Source of the DNA: an uncultured Candidatus Saccharibacteria bacterium
Lineage (GTDB): Bacteria; Patescibacteriota; Saccharimonadia; Saccharimonadales; AWTP1-31
Assembly (NCBI GenBank): GCA_964409615.1
Contig: CAYPDT010000001.1
Coordinates: forward strand, 371,880 to 435,879
Direction of reading: 5' to 3'
Length of the DNA: 64,000 bases
A program made the translations under genes and the position numbers. The notes beneath the pieces are model-generated. The model saw only the letters and a program-made list of their open reading frames with translations, searched no databases and was not told the DNA's origin. Numbering within the stretch: position 1 is the stretch's first letter; each line of letters begins with the position of its first letter. This document shows, in pieces, positions 9,661-19,342 of this stretch.

Positions 9661-10302
9661 TTGTATACTATACTGTCTGGAATGAATTCAAATACAAAGA
9701 CTGAAAAAATTGAAACAATCATAGCCTGGTTAGGTACCGGTAGCATAAATGTCTTTGGCGTTCCTCTTGCCGGCAAGGATACTCAGTGCGCAGAATTAGC
9801 CCTTGCGCTGTCGGCTGAGACTTTTGGCGGCGGCGATATACTTCGCAACAGCAAAACCTCTGACAATCTCCAAAGCGAAATAAATAATGGTAAATTAGCT
9901 CCAATGGAAGAGTATTTGTCTCTTATTCTGCCGTATTTTGGCCGTAAAGAATTTGTTGGTAAGCCTTTGGTATTAAGCTCTATCGGCCGCTGGCTTGGTG
10001 AAGAGGATGCTGTAATGCAGGCAGCAGAACAGTCCAATCACCCCATTAAGGCAGCTGTGTTTCTAGAACTACAACCGCAAGAGGCCCACGACCGATTAGA
10101 GGTGGCTGAACGTGGCAGGACCGACGACTCGAAGCACATACTCGAAACGCGTTTTGATGAGTTTGATACTAAAACTCGCCCAGTACTTGAAACCTATAAA
10201 GCCAAAGGATTACTACTAAGCATTGACGGTAATCAAGCAATCAACGATGTAACCGATGAAATTATTGACGCCCTTTATCGCAAAGCAAAGGAGCAAGTAT
10301 GA
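9661..10302 (+). CDS. adenylate-kinase-like nucleoside monophosphate kinase
   Basis: P-loop-like GVPLAGKDTQ and an Adk-like GGDILRN...NNGKLAPMEEY pattern. The track start is TTG; an alternative ATG is at 9682. Overlaps bcp by 4 nt. Confidence 0.55.
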   Translation: MYTILSGMNSNTKTEKIETIIAWLGTGSINVFGVPLAGKDTQCAELALALSAETFGGGDILRNSKTSDNLQSEINNGKLAPMEEYLSLILPYFGRKEFVGKPLVLSSIGRWLGEEDAVMQAAEQSNHPIKAAVFLELQPQEAHDRLEVAERGRTDDSKHILETRFDEFDTKTRPVLETYKAKGLLLSIDGNQAINDVTDEIIDALYRKAKEQV

Positions 10303-10760
10303 AGGTAGCACCGAATTTCAGTTTGCAAGATCAAACTGGCACAATACGAACATTGAGTGATTTTGCTGGGAAATGGTTGGTCTTATATTTTTACCCTAAA
10401 GACAACACCCCTGGCTGCACTACCGAGGCGTGCAATTTCCGAGATGCCCGTGACTCTATAGCTGCACTTGGTAATGCTGAAGTTGTGGGCGTAAGTCGCG
10501 ATTCGGTACAAAAACACGCCAACTTTGCCAAAAAATATGACTTAAATTTCACGCTACTGAGCGACCCTGATACCGAAGTTATTAAGGCCTACAACTCTTG
10601 GGGAGAACGCAAACTTTTTGGGAAACTATTCTTGGGTATACTCCGTAATACTTTTATTATTGACCCTACGGGCAATATCGTTAATGAATACCTTGGAGTG
10701 GACCCACAAGCTCACGCAGCCGAGATTATCAACGACCTCAAATCCCTTCAATCCACCTAA
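10299..10760 (+). CDS. bcp: thioredoxin-dependent peroxiredoxin Bcp
   Basis: AhpC/TSA motif FYPKDNTPGCTTEAC. Length 153 aa. Confidence 0.9.
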   Translation: MKVAPNFSLQDQTGTIRTLSDFAGKWLVLYFYPKDNTPGCTTEACNFRDARDSIAALGNAEVVGVSRDSVQKHANFAKKYDLNFTLLSDPDTEVIKAYNSWGERKLFGKLFLGILRNTFIIDPTGNIVNEYLGVDPQAHAAEIINDLKSLQST

Positions 10761-10762
10761 CC

Positions 10763-10787
10763 TTGTCCAAGGTCGGACCTTGGACAA
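10763..10787. repeat. extragenic palindrome copy 1 (TTGTCCAAGGTC-G-GACCTTGGACAA)
   Basis: Perfect 12-bp arms beginning 3 nt after the bcp stop. The core TCCAAGGTCSGACCTTGGA recurs at 4 other sites. Confidence 0.85.
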
Positions 10788-10824
10788 TTGATGGTGAGGG
10801 GTGAATGTGGTAATGTAGGCAATT

Positions 10825-11178
10825 ATGCCTAACAGCCCGTTTTCGACCGAAGCTCGAGATGTCCAACCCTCGCCAGACCACAACCCAGCGCTCAATATCG
10901 GAGAGGTTTCGCTCGATATTTTTATGAGTTCAGAAGCAAGTGGCGTACTAACTACACCTGTATTGCCAATTGAGCATCGTAAAGCTGTAGTAAACGCTAT
11001 CTTCACGCTCTTAGAAGCTGCCGACCTGCCCCAAGCCGTAGCACATACAAACAATGACCGAGTTGGTGCTTTTAGCTACGCCTCAAGCAAACAGATTGGT
11101 GAATTTACTGCTTTTGAAGCGGTTGCAGAGGCTCTTCGCGACGTTGGTTACGCTGTTAGTACCCCACTAACCGATTAG
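10825..11178 (+). CDS. hypothetical protein
   Basis: 117-aa ORF. It competes with an antisense ORF (10626-11054) but has the more protein-like composition. Confidence 0.35.
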   Translation: MPNSPFSTEARDVQPSPDHNPALNIGEVSLDIFMSSEASGVLTTPVLPIEHRKAVVNAIFTLLEAADLPQAVAHTNNDRVGAFSYASSKQIGEFTAFEAVAEALRDVGYAVSTPLTD

Positions 11179-11185
11179 CCCTTCC

Positions 11186-14100
11186 CTATGAGGTAGTGGT
11201 CGGAGCAATTATTGGCATTGCTAGTAAGATGTTTGGCTCACGCTCAGCAGGAAGGGTTATGGTTACTGTAGTGCCAGCACCAAGTTTGCTTCGGATGGAT
11301 ATGGTTCCGCCGAGCTTATCGGTAATTACCTTGGTAGTGTACAAGCCTAGGCCAATACCCTCGTAGTTGTACTGCATCGATTCTGTGCCACGCGTAAATG
11401 GCTTGAGTAAGCTTGGAAGTTTCTGTTCGGAAATGCCTACACCGGTGTCGCTTACAGATAGGACTAACTTGTTAAGTCTCTTGAAGAGTAAGACCTCTAC
11501 ATTACCGCCAACTTTACTAAATTTGGCAGCGTTACCGAGTACGGAATCGATTATCTGCCTCATTTCATCGGCCTGAATTCGCATGACAATACCTGGATTA
11601 ATGCGAGCGTCGAAGGTAATCTTTTTATCGCTATTTTCGGTATTCAACTGGGCAACAGCTTTTTGAGCATAGGTTGTCACATCGAAGAGAGGTGCTTGAT
11701 CGGTAAACTTCGAGAACTTTTCGATATTTGTTAGGCCTTTATTGATACCGCCGAGCATATTGAGACCGTTGAAGAACAGTTTTGCTTCTGGCAGCTTCTT
11801 GAGTGATTCGCTCGCAATCTCGAGTGTTTCGTAATGCTCTTTTATCACCTTAAGAGCCTCAGGGATGAAGGTGCCGCGCTTCTTATAGAGTTCTGCCTCG
11901 AGAGCCAATTGCTTTTTGGTAATCTCTTTGGTCTCTTCGAGTGAATTACGGTAACGATATGCCAGGCCGACCAAGCCGACACCCAGAGCGTATAGGCTAA
12001 GCTCAACAAAGATGCGGAATGGCGACTTGTTAAATACGTCTGCATAGATGAAGAGTGCGTTGGCAAGAGCTAACAAGCTTAGCGCCACAACTGCAGGCAC
12101 CCAGACAGCCTTGGCCTTGAATGGACTTGACTGCTTTGGCTCAACTAATCGTTCTTCGCCACTGGTTTGTGCGTTGGATACTTGGTTAGCAATAAGTAAT
12201 GCAGCGGCAGCATCGGCAAAGCGCTTGATTTTGGTCTGCAAACTTTCTGCCTTAGCAGCATTAATTTTCTTGAGCGAGGTCAATAATTCGATTGCTCCGC
12301 CCATAATTGCAACAGGAGTGTTCAAGTAGTGTGTGGTTATAGCCAGGTAATCATCAATTGCTTCTTTGGTATTGGCGATTCGTGAGATGCTACGGTGATA
12401 GACGCTCAGCTCACGGTATTGGCGGAGTGCCTGCCATGAATAGAGGGCAGCCAGCATTAGAATGAGCAGAATCAATGAATACGGCACACTACGGGCGATG
12501 AATACTGGCACACTCGCCAGAATAGCCTTCAAGCCTTTAACCTGTTCGGGGCCGCCACTTATATTAAGTTTTTTGGCAATATTGCGTGTTGCGTTACGGA
12601 GGATTTCTGGTGAATTCTCAGGGGTAATTGGGGCCGTTGTAGTTGTAGAGCCACCATCGGTTGGTTTGGTTGGGCCTGTCGGCGTACCGTCGTCTGTTGG
12701 GACCTCTGTCTCTACGCCAGCAACAAACTTTGGATAATCACCTTTACGTACTACCCAGACATTGCCAAAGTTCCAACTATCCATAGGGGAATTTGTCTTG
12801 TTAGCGATGAAGTAGTTAGGTTGACTATTATTATCATTAACGTAGTCGCAGGCCGTCTGCGTGCCTAGTAACTGGTCAACCTGACCAAACACCTGCGCGA
12901 CAGTTGGTAAGTTTTCTGGGTGGTCAGATTGTCCAAAGTCAAACTTAGCTTCTAGTATTTGTGATTCGTGGTCGCGTAGTGCTGTCTTGAGTGGCTGCAT
13001 GTCTCCATTTTCAGAAATTTGGACTACTGGCCAGTCCTTACCAGTCGTGTCCTTCACGGTAGAGTCAAGTACGAAGTTTTTAGCAACATCGTATATTCGC
13101 TTGTTAGGGCCGTTACAATTTGCAACGCTTACTCTTGATTTGTCGAGGTAGACATTAGATACGTTATACATTTTTGCTACATCAGCATCACTCGTTGACT
13201 TGCCTAGCAGGAACGCATTAACAAAATGAAGTGGTGAGATAAACACGCCAACCGTACCGCCCGTTAATGTCTCGCTATTAAGTGTCATTTTAGATGCAGA
13301 GAACGAGTTAGTGATTGTCTGAGGATTATTGGTAAAGTATGCCGATGTAAACTGGCCAGAGTCAACATCATCAAATACGTCACGGGCAATCTTTTCCATA
13401 CTTGGCTGTGGTGTGGCGATATTAATACCTATCAAGCCACCAGCTACACTCGGTATTTTGCCGACCGACACTACTAAGCCATTGCTTGTGCTGGTGCGGT
13501 CTTCGACTGGCTGATCAGCTTTGACGGTAACATCACCTGCAGCATATGAATCACTAATCCGTGCGCCCGCCGACATGTTAAGCCCAATCAAACCTCCCGC
13601 CGTTGAAGGTAATCGCACTGGATCAATTGGCCGCGCTTCACCACGGAAGTTAATTTGTGGGTCTGCGAGACCCGGAATTGATGTTACATTACCGGTGGAG
13701 TAAGTATTAGTTATTTGTACAGGACCTATGGCAAGTTGTGCTTTGTCGAATAATGTAGCGGCTGCGATAACGCCTTGTATTTGCTGCTGGTTTGCCGTGC
13801 CGGAATCAGTTGGCCCTAGCACCCCTAAGCCGAATGCCGTACCACCACCCGCCGTAATTACATCTTGGGCAAACCCAGCTTGGCCGACTAAGCCGCCCAC
13901 GATGGCACCGTCGACATTACCTTCGGCATAGGATTTATTGATGGCGGTCTTCATATCTGCGGAACCGACTAAGCCACCTGCTAGATTGCCCTTTACGTTG
14001 CCTGTAGCATGAGTATTGTTGATTACTATACCACTGGTTGTAGCATCTGGAAATGGGTTGCTAGTAAGCCCGGTTAGTAGCAAGCCTACAAATTTAGGAA

Positions 14101-17100
14101 TATCCACACCCAGTGTTGCCCCAACCAAACCACCAGATACCGCTGCACCAACTTTAAAATTGTACTGACTGAATATTTCTAGTGGATTAGCAATATCACC
14201 TTCTGCACCAATCTTATCAGGCAGACCACCCGTTACACTACCAGTGGCATAGGAGTTCTTTATATCTGCTTGCCCTATCATTAAGCCAGATAATCCACCA
14301 CCGATAGCCAAGTTACCACCACCGCGATCTTTCTGGACCTTAACATTACCAGTGGCATAGGAGTTATTAATAACGAGTCCGTGGGTTGATTCACCAAGCA
14401 CCGCTTGTGGGTCGTTATCCCAGTCCCGCTCCAAGTAGGTAGCTAGCGAGTATGGCACATCCATTCCTATACTAAGGCCTGTCAGACCACCAGCAAATGA
14501 AGCGCCCCCCACAAACTTATTTGTCAGGTGGTGGTTAATATTGCCGGTGCTATATGTATTCTGGATAGTGCCTGAGCCAAGGGTGATTCCTACTACGCCG
14601 CCACTTACGCCAACAAAACCTTGCTTAGAATCAACACTGATACTACCGGTACTGAAGCTGTTATTTATCATGAAGTTGCCGTCACGGTCATCAGCAATGT
14701 TGACCATAATACCGGCTAGACCACCGTTGACACCACCGTACATGTTGATAGCGGTTGATTGTTCTGGAGGATCATTATTGACGGCCGTTATGGAGCCAGT
14801 ATTAGAGCTGTTTGTAATGCGTGAGACCAATAGCAGACCACCTATTCCACCAGTAAAGCCACCATACACACCCCAGTTTGATGGAGTAGCCGAGCAATTA
14901 CGGATAGGTGAATTAGAAACAGTCGAATCCACCTGCACACCAATGCCGATACCAACAATTCCGCCCAAGGCAGCAATGCGTAGGCCAGAAAGCGACTCGC
15001 AGGCACTCACTAAGCCTGAGCTCTGCGAATTACGTATAATAACTGTCTGCGTGCTACCCATATACTGCACCGCCTGAGATATAATGCGTCGCTGTTCGAG
15101 ATCGCCAGCACCACTTTGCCCCGCTGCCACGCCCCTTATAAAGCCGTTTGCAATTGATGTGTTGAGGGCTAGGCCAATCAGGCCGCCCGAAACACTACCT
15201 TGCACCTCGCTCGATGAAGTACTGTTTTGAATTGTGAGCGGTATTGGCTGTCCAAAAGCGTTGCCAATTGACGAAACTGCCAGACCAATAACACCGCCTG
15301 ATAGGTGTCCGATAATCAAACCATCGGAATGTAGACCATCTACAACCATTGGCTCGCCAACTTTTGCATTTCCAATGTCGATAATTTCCGCCGTAGAGCG
15401 TACTGGCAAAAGCATTCCGATTACGCCGCCTGCCAAGCCACCGCGTATTGCAGTATTGACAGTCCGGATGTTGCTATATTGGCCCTCGCCTATGGCAAAA
15501 CCGATGACACCACCTGTCGCTACTTTTGCCATATTACCGTAGGTGTCGGTCACAAAGTTTGGCGAAATTGAGGCCAGCACATCACGTGCTGATACAAACG
15601 CGCCACCTGCCCCATAGTTAAGCTCATTAAGATTAGTAGGTACGCGATCTGGTAAGTCTACTTGGCTAAAATCTAAATCCGGGCCATCTGGCAGACCGTT
15701 TTGATCAGAGTCTACCGCCTCATCCAATGCATAATTTGCAACCACAGCGCTATTGGCAATAGTTACATTTGTGACGACTGCTCGATAGGTAAAGGCAAAC
15801 AGCCCAACTGCTCGGAAGTCTTGGGATGGCCCGGTCTGCAGTTCGGCAATAATACTGAGGTTATTTATCTTAAAGCCATTACCGTTAAAAGTACCCATGA
15901 ATGGTGTAGTGTCATTAGCCTGTTGCTGGAAGCCAATCGGTTGGAAGTCAAAGTTTGAACAATCAATGTCTGCTGTCATTGTATAAACACCCATTGGGTC
16001 ATCATTGATATCTTGTAGCTGCTGGCAAGTAGAGACGTTATATAGCTGTTGGGCAGGCGTTGTGAACGCAACAGGTTCACTCCATGGTCCTGGCCCCGCA
16101 ACATTAGCACCACGGAGTCGTACCTGATAGCTCGTCTGGGGATTAAGCTCCGCCATGCTAGCACCAAATCGAGATTCATTTTCTTCGTCTGGGGGAATTG
16201 AAGTTGCATATTTGGTATAAAGTGCCTGCCATTCTTGTGTGCCAGTTTGACGATATTCGGCGCCATAAGAAGTTGCGCTCTCAAGGGCATCCCAACTAAT
16301 GGCAGCGCCTTTTGGTTCTGGGTTAACCTGAATATTTTCGGGGGCGGTTTCTGGCATGCCCGTTGCAAACTCGAAGATATCACTGCTCAAACCGGGATCA
16401 AATGCCCCAGGCTGTAGCCGCGAATGGTAGCGGGCACGAACCTTAAATTCATACTTACCAGGGATACTTAAACCACTAATGGTGACTGTATCCGCGTCAC
16501 CTGGTTCCCTCACTGTCCAATCAGCGCTATTTCCCTGGCTCTTATCGCGGTAGTATACGAGGTAGTCTGTTATCTGTTCCGTCCTTGATCCATCACCTGA
16601 TGGTTTTACCCAAGACACAATAAAATCTCCACCATCACGTTGCACTGCAATATTTGTGGGTGCATTCGTTCTTGACGGCCATGCAAGCATCGTTGGGTAT
16701 GAATCACCTAATAGCCAGTCAATAGATGCATCCCAATCATCAAAGAAGCCCGTCTGGTTGGCACTCGTAAAGAAATCGGGCTCAGAATTATCACTATTAA
16801 CAACCTGACACTGCGTAATCGACTCCCCCAAACCAAAGTTCTCTCCACACTGGTTTTCAGGAGTAATGTTCGTTACTTGCGTAGCACTCTGGTCAAACGC
16901 GTTGCTCCCAAAGTCTATATATCCAGGAAGTTGCGAGTTGCCGTTTTTAGCATACGAAGTATATAGACCTCGTGCCCGTTCCATATTGGCAGCCCGAACC
17001 TCGCCCGCGGCAAAGTTATCGGCCAGCATAATGTGTTCGGTAACATCTTGACTTTCATATATGCTCCCAATAAGCCCTGCAGCAGAAACTTCTGACGCAG

Positions 17101-18031
17101 TATTCAAGCAGCTAACATCGGCAATGCTGTAGGATGTTCGTATCTGATACTGATTATTCGCATTAATGGCCTGGACGCTTCCGACTAATCCGGCGCACGC
17201 TGCCTGGCTCACCGAAGATGCATCACCGGCAAATCCTACCGTACCACCGGTATACGAATCGTGGATGGCTACGAGCTTGTTCTGCACATCGTAATCGTTC
17301 ATAAATCCAACGAGCCCGCCTATAGTAATATTGCGACCTGTTGGCCCTGTACCTAACGCGGTAACTTTACCTGAAGCAGAGCTATGATCAATAACAGACT
17401 TTAGTGAGCCAACCAATCCGCCGGCTCGTCCATACGGACCGTCGCCGTTGTTCCATGTAGCAGTCGTTTGGACGGTAAGTTTACTATGGACGTTCTCAAT
17501 TATGTAACCTTGAAATTCTCCAACCAAGGCACCCACGTCTCCACCACCGGTGATGTCTACACGATCAGCGTTGACCGAATTCTTGTCGAGTCGCACATCA
17601 GCCAGGCGCACACCACCATTAGCTATGTACGAAAAAAGTCCAACCGGGTTGAGGTCTTGAGGTCGATTGATATATAAGTCCCGGATGATATAGCCACGCC
17701 CATCAAATGAACCCTGAAAATTAGAAATTGGCTCAAACCCTGCACCATTGTTCCAGCTGCTGGTTTCGCTACAGTCGATGTCACTGACCAGAACATAGTT
17801 CGCCCATTTTGTGAGGTTCATTTCTTGCAGCTGACTGCAGTTAGTTATTGCGAATGGGTAATCGGTTGAGCCGTCCCCTGAGCCTGTAAAGGCTCGAGCC
17901 AGCGACGGTGAAACGACACCCACATAATACGCAAAGATGCTCACAGCAATGATTAAAATTCCCGATAGGCCAAGAATCCGAATACGCCGAGTTGGTTTTT
18001 TGATGAGTTGCAGTAATACTTCTTTTTTCAT
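11186..18031 (-). CDS. giant membrane-anchored surface protein (GLUG-type beta-solenoid repeats plus 2 FN3) fused to a histidine-kinase core
   Basis: 2,281 aa with an N-terminal signal anchor. There are dozens of repeats such as INNSYATGNV...GGLSG and two FN3 modules (...EFKVRARY; ...YQVRLRGANVAGPGPWSEPV). After a PT stalk and a TM helix comes the H-box ITTHYLNTPVAIMGGAIELL. Two more TM helices follow, then HATPase_c (GNAAKF, DTGVGI, KPFTRG, GIGLGLY). Confidence 0.85.
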   Translation of the reverse strand: MKKEVLLQLIKKPTRRIRILGLSGILIIAVSIFAYYVGVVSPSLARAFTGSGDGSTDYPFAITNCSQLQEMNLTKWANYVLVSDIDCSETSSWNNGAGFEPISNFQGSFDGRGYIIRDLYINRPQDLNPVGLFSYIANGGVRLADVRLDKNSVNADRVDITGGGDVGALVGEFQGYIIENVHSKLTVQTTATWNNGDGPYGRAGGLVGSLKSVIDHSSASGKVTALGTGPTGRNITIGGLVGFMNDYDVQNKLVAIHDSYTGGTVGFAGDASSVSQAACAGLVGSVQAINANNQYQIRTSYSIADVSCLNTASEVSAAGLIGSIYESQDVTEHIMLADNFAAGEVRAANMERARGLYTSYAKNGNSQLPGYIDFGSNAFDQSATQVTNITPENQCGENFGLGESITQCQVVNSDNSEPDFFTSANQTGFFDDWDASIDWLLGDSYPTMLAWPSRTNAPTNIAVQRDGGDFIVSWVKPSGDGSRTEQITDYLVYYRDKSQGNSADWTVREPGDADTVTISGLSIPGKYEFKVRARYHSRLQPGAFDPGLSSDIFEFATGMPETAPENIQVNPEPKGAAISWDALESATSYGAEYRQTGTQEWQALYTKYATSIPPDEENESRFGASMAELNPQTSYQVRLRGANVAGPGPWSEPVAFTTPAQQLYNVSTCQQLQDINDDPMGVYTMTADIDCSNFDFQPIGFQQQANDTTPFMGTFNGNGFKINNLSIIAELQTGPSQDFRAVGLFAFTYRAVVTNVTIANSAVVANYALDEAVDSDQNGLPDGPDLDFSQVDLPDRVPTNLNELNYGAGGAFVSARDVLASISPNFVTDTYGNMAKVATGGVIGFAIGEGQYSNIRTVNTAIRGGLAGGVIGMLLPVRSTAEIIDIGNAKVGEPMVVDGLHSDGLIIGHLSGGVIGLAVSSIGNAFGQPIPLTIQNSTSSSEVQGSVSGGLIGLALNTSIANGFIRGVAAGQSGAGDLEQRRIISQAVQYMGSTQTVIIRNSQSSGLVSACESLSGLRIAALGGIVGIGIGVQVDSTVSNSPIRNCSATPSNWGVYGGFTGGIGGLLLVSRITNSSNTGSITAVNNDPPEQSTAINMYGGVNGGLAGIMVNIADDRDGNFMINNSFSTGSISVDSKQGFVGVSGGVVGITLGSGTIQNTYSTGNINHHLTNKFVGGASFAGGLTGLSIGMDVPYSLATYLERDWDNDPQAVLGESTHGLVINNSYATGNVKVQKDRGGGNLAIGGGLSGLMIGQADIKNSYATGSVTGGLPDKIGAEGDIANPLEIFSQYNFKVGAAVSGGLVGATLGVDIPKFVGLLLTGLTSNPFPDATTSGIVINNTHATGNVKGNLAGGLVGSADMKTAINKSYAEGNVDGAIVGGLVGQAGFAQDVITAGGGTAFGLGVLGPTDSGTANQQQIQGVIAAATLFDKAQLAIGPVQITNTYSTGNVTSIPGLADPQINFRGEARPIDPVRLPSTAGGLIGLNMSAGARISDSYAAGDVTVKADQPVEDRTSTSNGLVVSVGKIPSVAGGLIGINIATPQPSMEKIARDVFDDVDSGQFTSAYFTNNPQTITNSFSASKMTLNSETLTGGTVGVFISPLHFVNAFLLGKSTSDADVAKMYNVSNVYLDKSRVSVANCNGPNKRIYDVAKNFVLDSTVKDTTGKDWPVVQISENGDMQPLKTALRDHESQILEAKFDFGQSDHPENLPTVAQVFGQVDQLLGTQTACDYVNDNNSQPNYFIANKTNSPMDSWNFGNVWVVRKGDYPKFVAGVETEVPTDDGTPTGPTKPTDGGSTTTTAPITPENSPEILRNATRNIAKKLNISGGPEQVKGLKAILASVPVFIARSVPYSLILLILMLAALYSWQALRQYRELSVYHRSISRIANTKEAIDDYLAITTHYLNTPVAIMGGAIELLTSLKKINAAKAESLQTKIKRFADAAAALLIANQVSNAQTSGEERLVEPKQSSPFKAKAVWVPAVVALSLLALANALFIYADVFNKSPFRIFVELSLYALGVGLVGLAYRYRNSLEETKEITKKQLALEAELYKKRGTFIPEALKVIKEHYETLEIASESLKKLPEAKLFFNGLNMLGGINKGLTNIEKFSKFTDQAPLFDVTTYAQKAVAQLNTENSDKKITFDARINPGIVMRIQADEMRQIIDSVLGNAAKFSKVGGNVEVLLFKRLNKLVLSVSDTGVGISEQKLPSLLKPFTRGTESMQYNYEGIGLGLYTTKVITDKLGGTISIRSKLGAGTTVTITLPAEREPNILLAMPIIAPTTTS

Positions 18032-18105
18032 GAATGCTAAAGCTTTTACATATACAATAGCAAAGATTCCGCTTATGGTACAATTGATTCAAAGCATAAA
18101 ACACT

Positions 18106-18573
18106 ATGAACAAGAAACGAGGAGAACACATGCAAGCGAGTACTCAAGATGGCCAATCAAACAAGGGCTTTCAAATTCGTCGCGACCTATTACAGACAAT
18201 CTTATTAGTTGTTATCGTCATCGGTTTATCAGCCGGTGCTGGCTATCTAGCTGGGTTTCAGATGGGTAAACGCGAGGGTGCCCGCCTGGCCGTGAAGAAG
18301 GTAACTGACTTTATTAATCCGCTCAATGCTATTAGCGATAGCCCGCTTACACCCGGCACTGTTCTTGGACAAGTTAATGCAATCAGTGACAGTTCAGTAA
18401 CGGTTAAGATGGCCAATGGCAAAGAAAAGACCGTCGTAATCACCAACAAGACTACGGTCACCCAAGGTGACAAAACTCTCAGTGTAAAAGATGTCAAAGA
18501 AGGTGCTAATGTTACCGTCTTAACTCAAGGCAAAGATAAAAACACCACCGCTACTCGTATAGTCGTACGCTAA
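18106..18573 (+). CDS. membrane-anchored hypothetical protein
   Basis: 155-aa ORF with a TM helix (LLVVIVIGLSAGAGYLAGF) followed by a beta-rich domain. The start may be at 18130. Confidence 0.5.
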   Translation: MNKKRGEHMQASTQDGQSNKGFQIRRDLLQTILLVVIVIGLSAGAGYLAGFQMGKREGARLAVKKVTDFINPLNAISDSPLTPGTVLGQVNAISDSSVTVKMANGKEKTVVITNKTTVTQGDKTLSVKDVKEGANVTVLTQGKDKNTTATRIVVR

Positions 18574-18631
18574 TCCACCCTGGCTTACAGCTGATGCTTA
18601 GGCCGAAAATATTCGTATTATACTAATTTTA

Positions 18632-18640
18632 TGGTATAAT
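18632..18640 (+). promoter_or_regulatory. extended -10 promoter (TGGTATAAT), leaderless configuration
   Basis: TGGTATAAT ends 7 nt before the ATG at 18648. Confidence 0.4.
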
Positions 18641-18647
18641 TATATTA

Positions 18648-18917
18648 ATGAATCAGCCTAACTTTTGTATTAGCTGCGAAGACCGTCGCACCCCAGAATG
18701 TGCATTGCCAACCCTCGGTAATAAACTCGGCCGCATAAGCCTGCAAGTTATTGGTGAGACTGTTGAGAGCCTCGTGCATCTTTCTGCCTTAATGCGTGGT
18801 GTTCAACTCGAATCTGACTCGCTTGGTTTAATCGAGCGAACCAATAGCTTACATAATGAGCTGTATGTTCCAGCTGGGGCCTGCGCCTACTTACATCAAA
18901 CGAGTCAATCTAACTAG
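18648..18917 (+). CDS. hypothetical protein
   Basis: 89-aa ORF immediately behind a strong -10 box. No family recognised. Confidence 0.4.
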   Translation: MNQPNFCISCEDRRTPECALPTLGNKLGRISLQVIGETVESLVHLSALMRGVQLESDSLGLIERTNSLHNELYVPAGACAYLHQTSQSN

Positions 18918-19323
18918 CGACACTCCCAGCGTAGGCTACACGAGCAGCATTAGTTTTATAACTTCGTGTTCGGGCCATCTGCAAGCCTTTGCGAAAACCA
19001 TTAAGCTGCTGTAGGTGTGTATCTTCGTTTAGTCGTGCGCGACTAGCGCCTGGGTTTGCTATTAGTAAATCTGCGTATCGAGCAGAACAACGCTCTTCCA
19101 CCGTTGCATGCCAATACGACAAATATTCTGGTTCTTGTTGTGGTTTTTCGAGATCTGCAAAGAAGGTTGTGGCAGATAAAGCTACAATTCCAGCGTAAGC
19201 CTCTTTGATGGTATGACCAGCGTCAATAATCATCTGCACTGTTTCGGAACCGTCCATTTGCATAAGCATACGGTTAGTACACGCGTCGTAATCAAATTGT
19301 TCTACTCCCTGTGCAACAGTCAT
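18910..19323 (-). CDS. hypothetical protein
   Basis: 137-aa ORF downstream of lepA on the same strand. Confidence 0.45.
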   Translation of the reverse strand: MTVAQGVEQFDYDACTNRMLMQMDGSETVQMIIDAGHTIKEAYAGIVALSATTFFADLEKPQQEPEYLSYWHATVEERCSARYADLLIANPGASRARLNEDTHLQQLNGFRKGLQMARTRSYKTNAARVAYAGSVAS

Positions 19324-19342
19324 TATTTTCTCCGAAATTAGC

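Noticed and set aside
10626-11054. 142-aa minus-strand ORF overlapping the end of bcp and ORF 10825-11178.
   Set aside because: It overlaps the conserved bcp 3' end and runs through the palindromic repeat. The plus-strand alternative is more plausible, though itself weak.
12048-17677. About 15 short ORFs (60-178 aa) overlapping the giant 11186-18031 gene, including 14541-15077 and 15976-16383.
   Set aside because: All are nested in or antisense to one continuous 2,281-codon frame with coherent repeat and domain structure. Their Pro/Thr/Ser-rich composition is what is expected from the reverse complement of Gly/Ala/Val-rich repeats.
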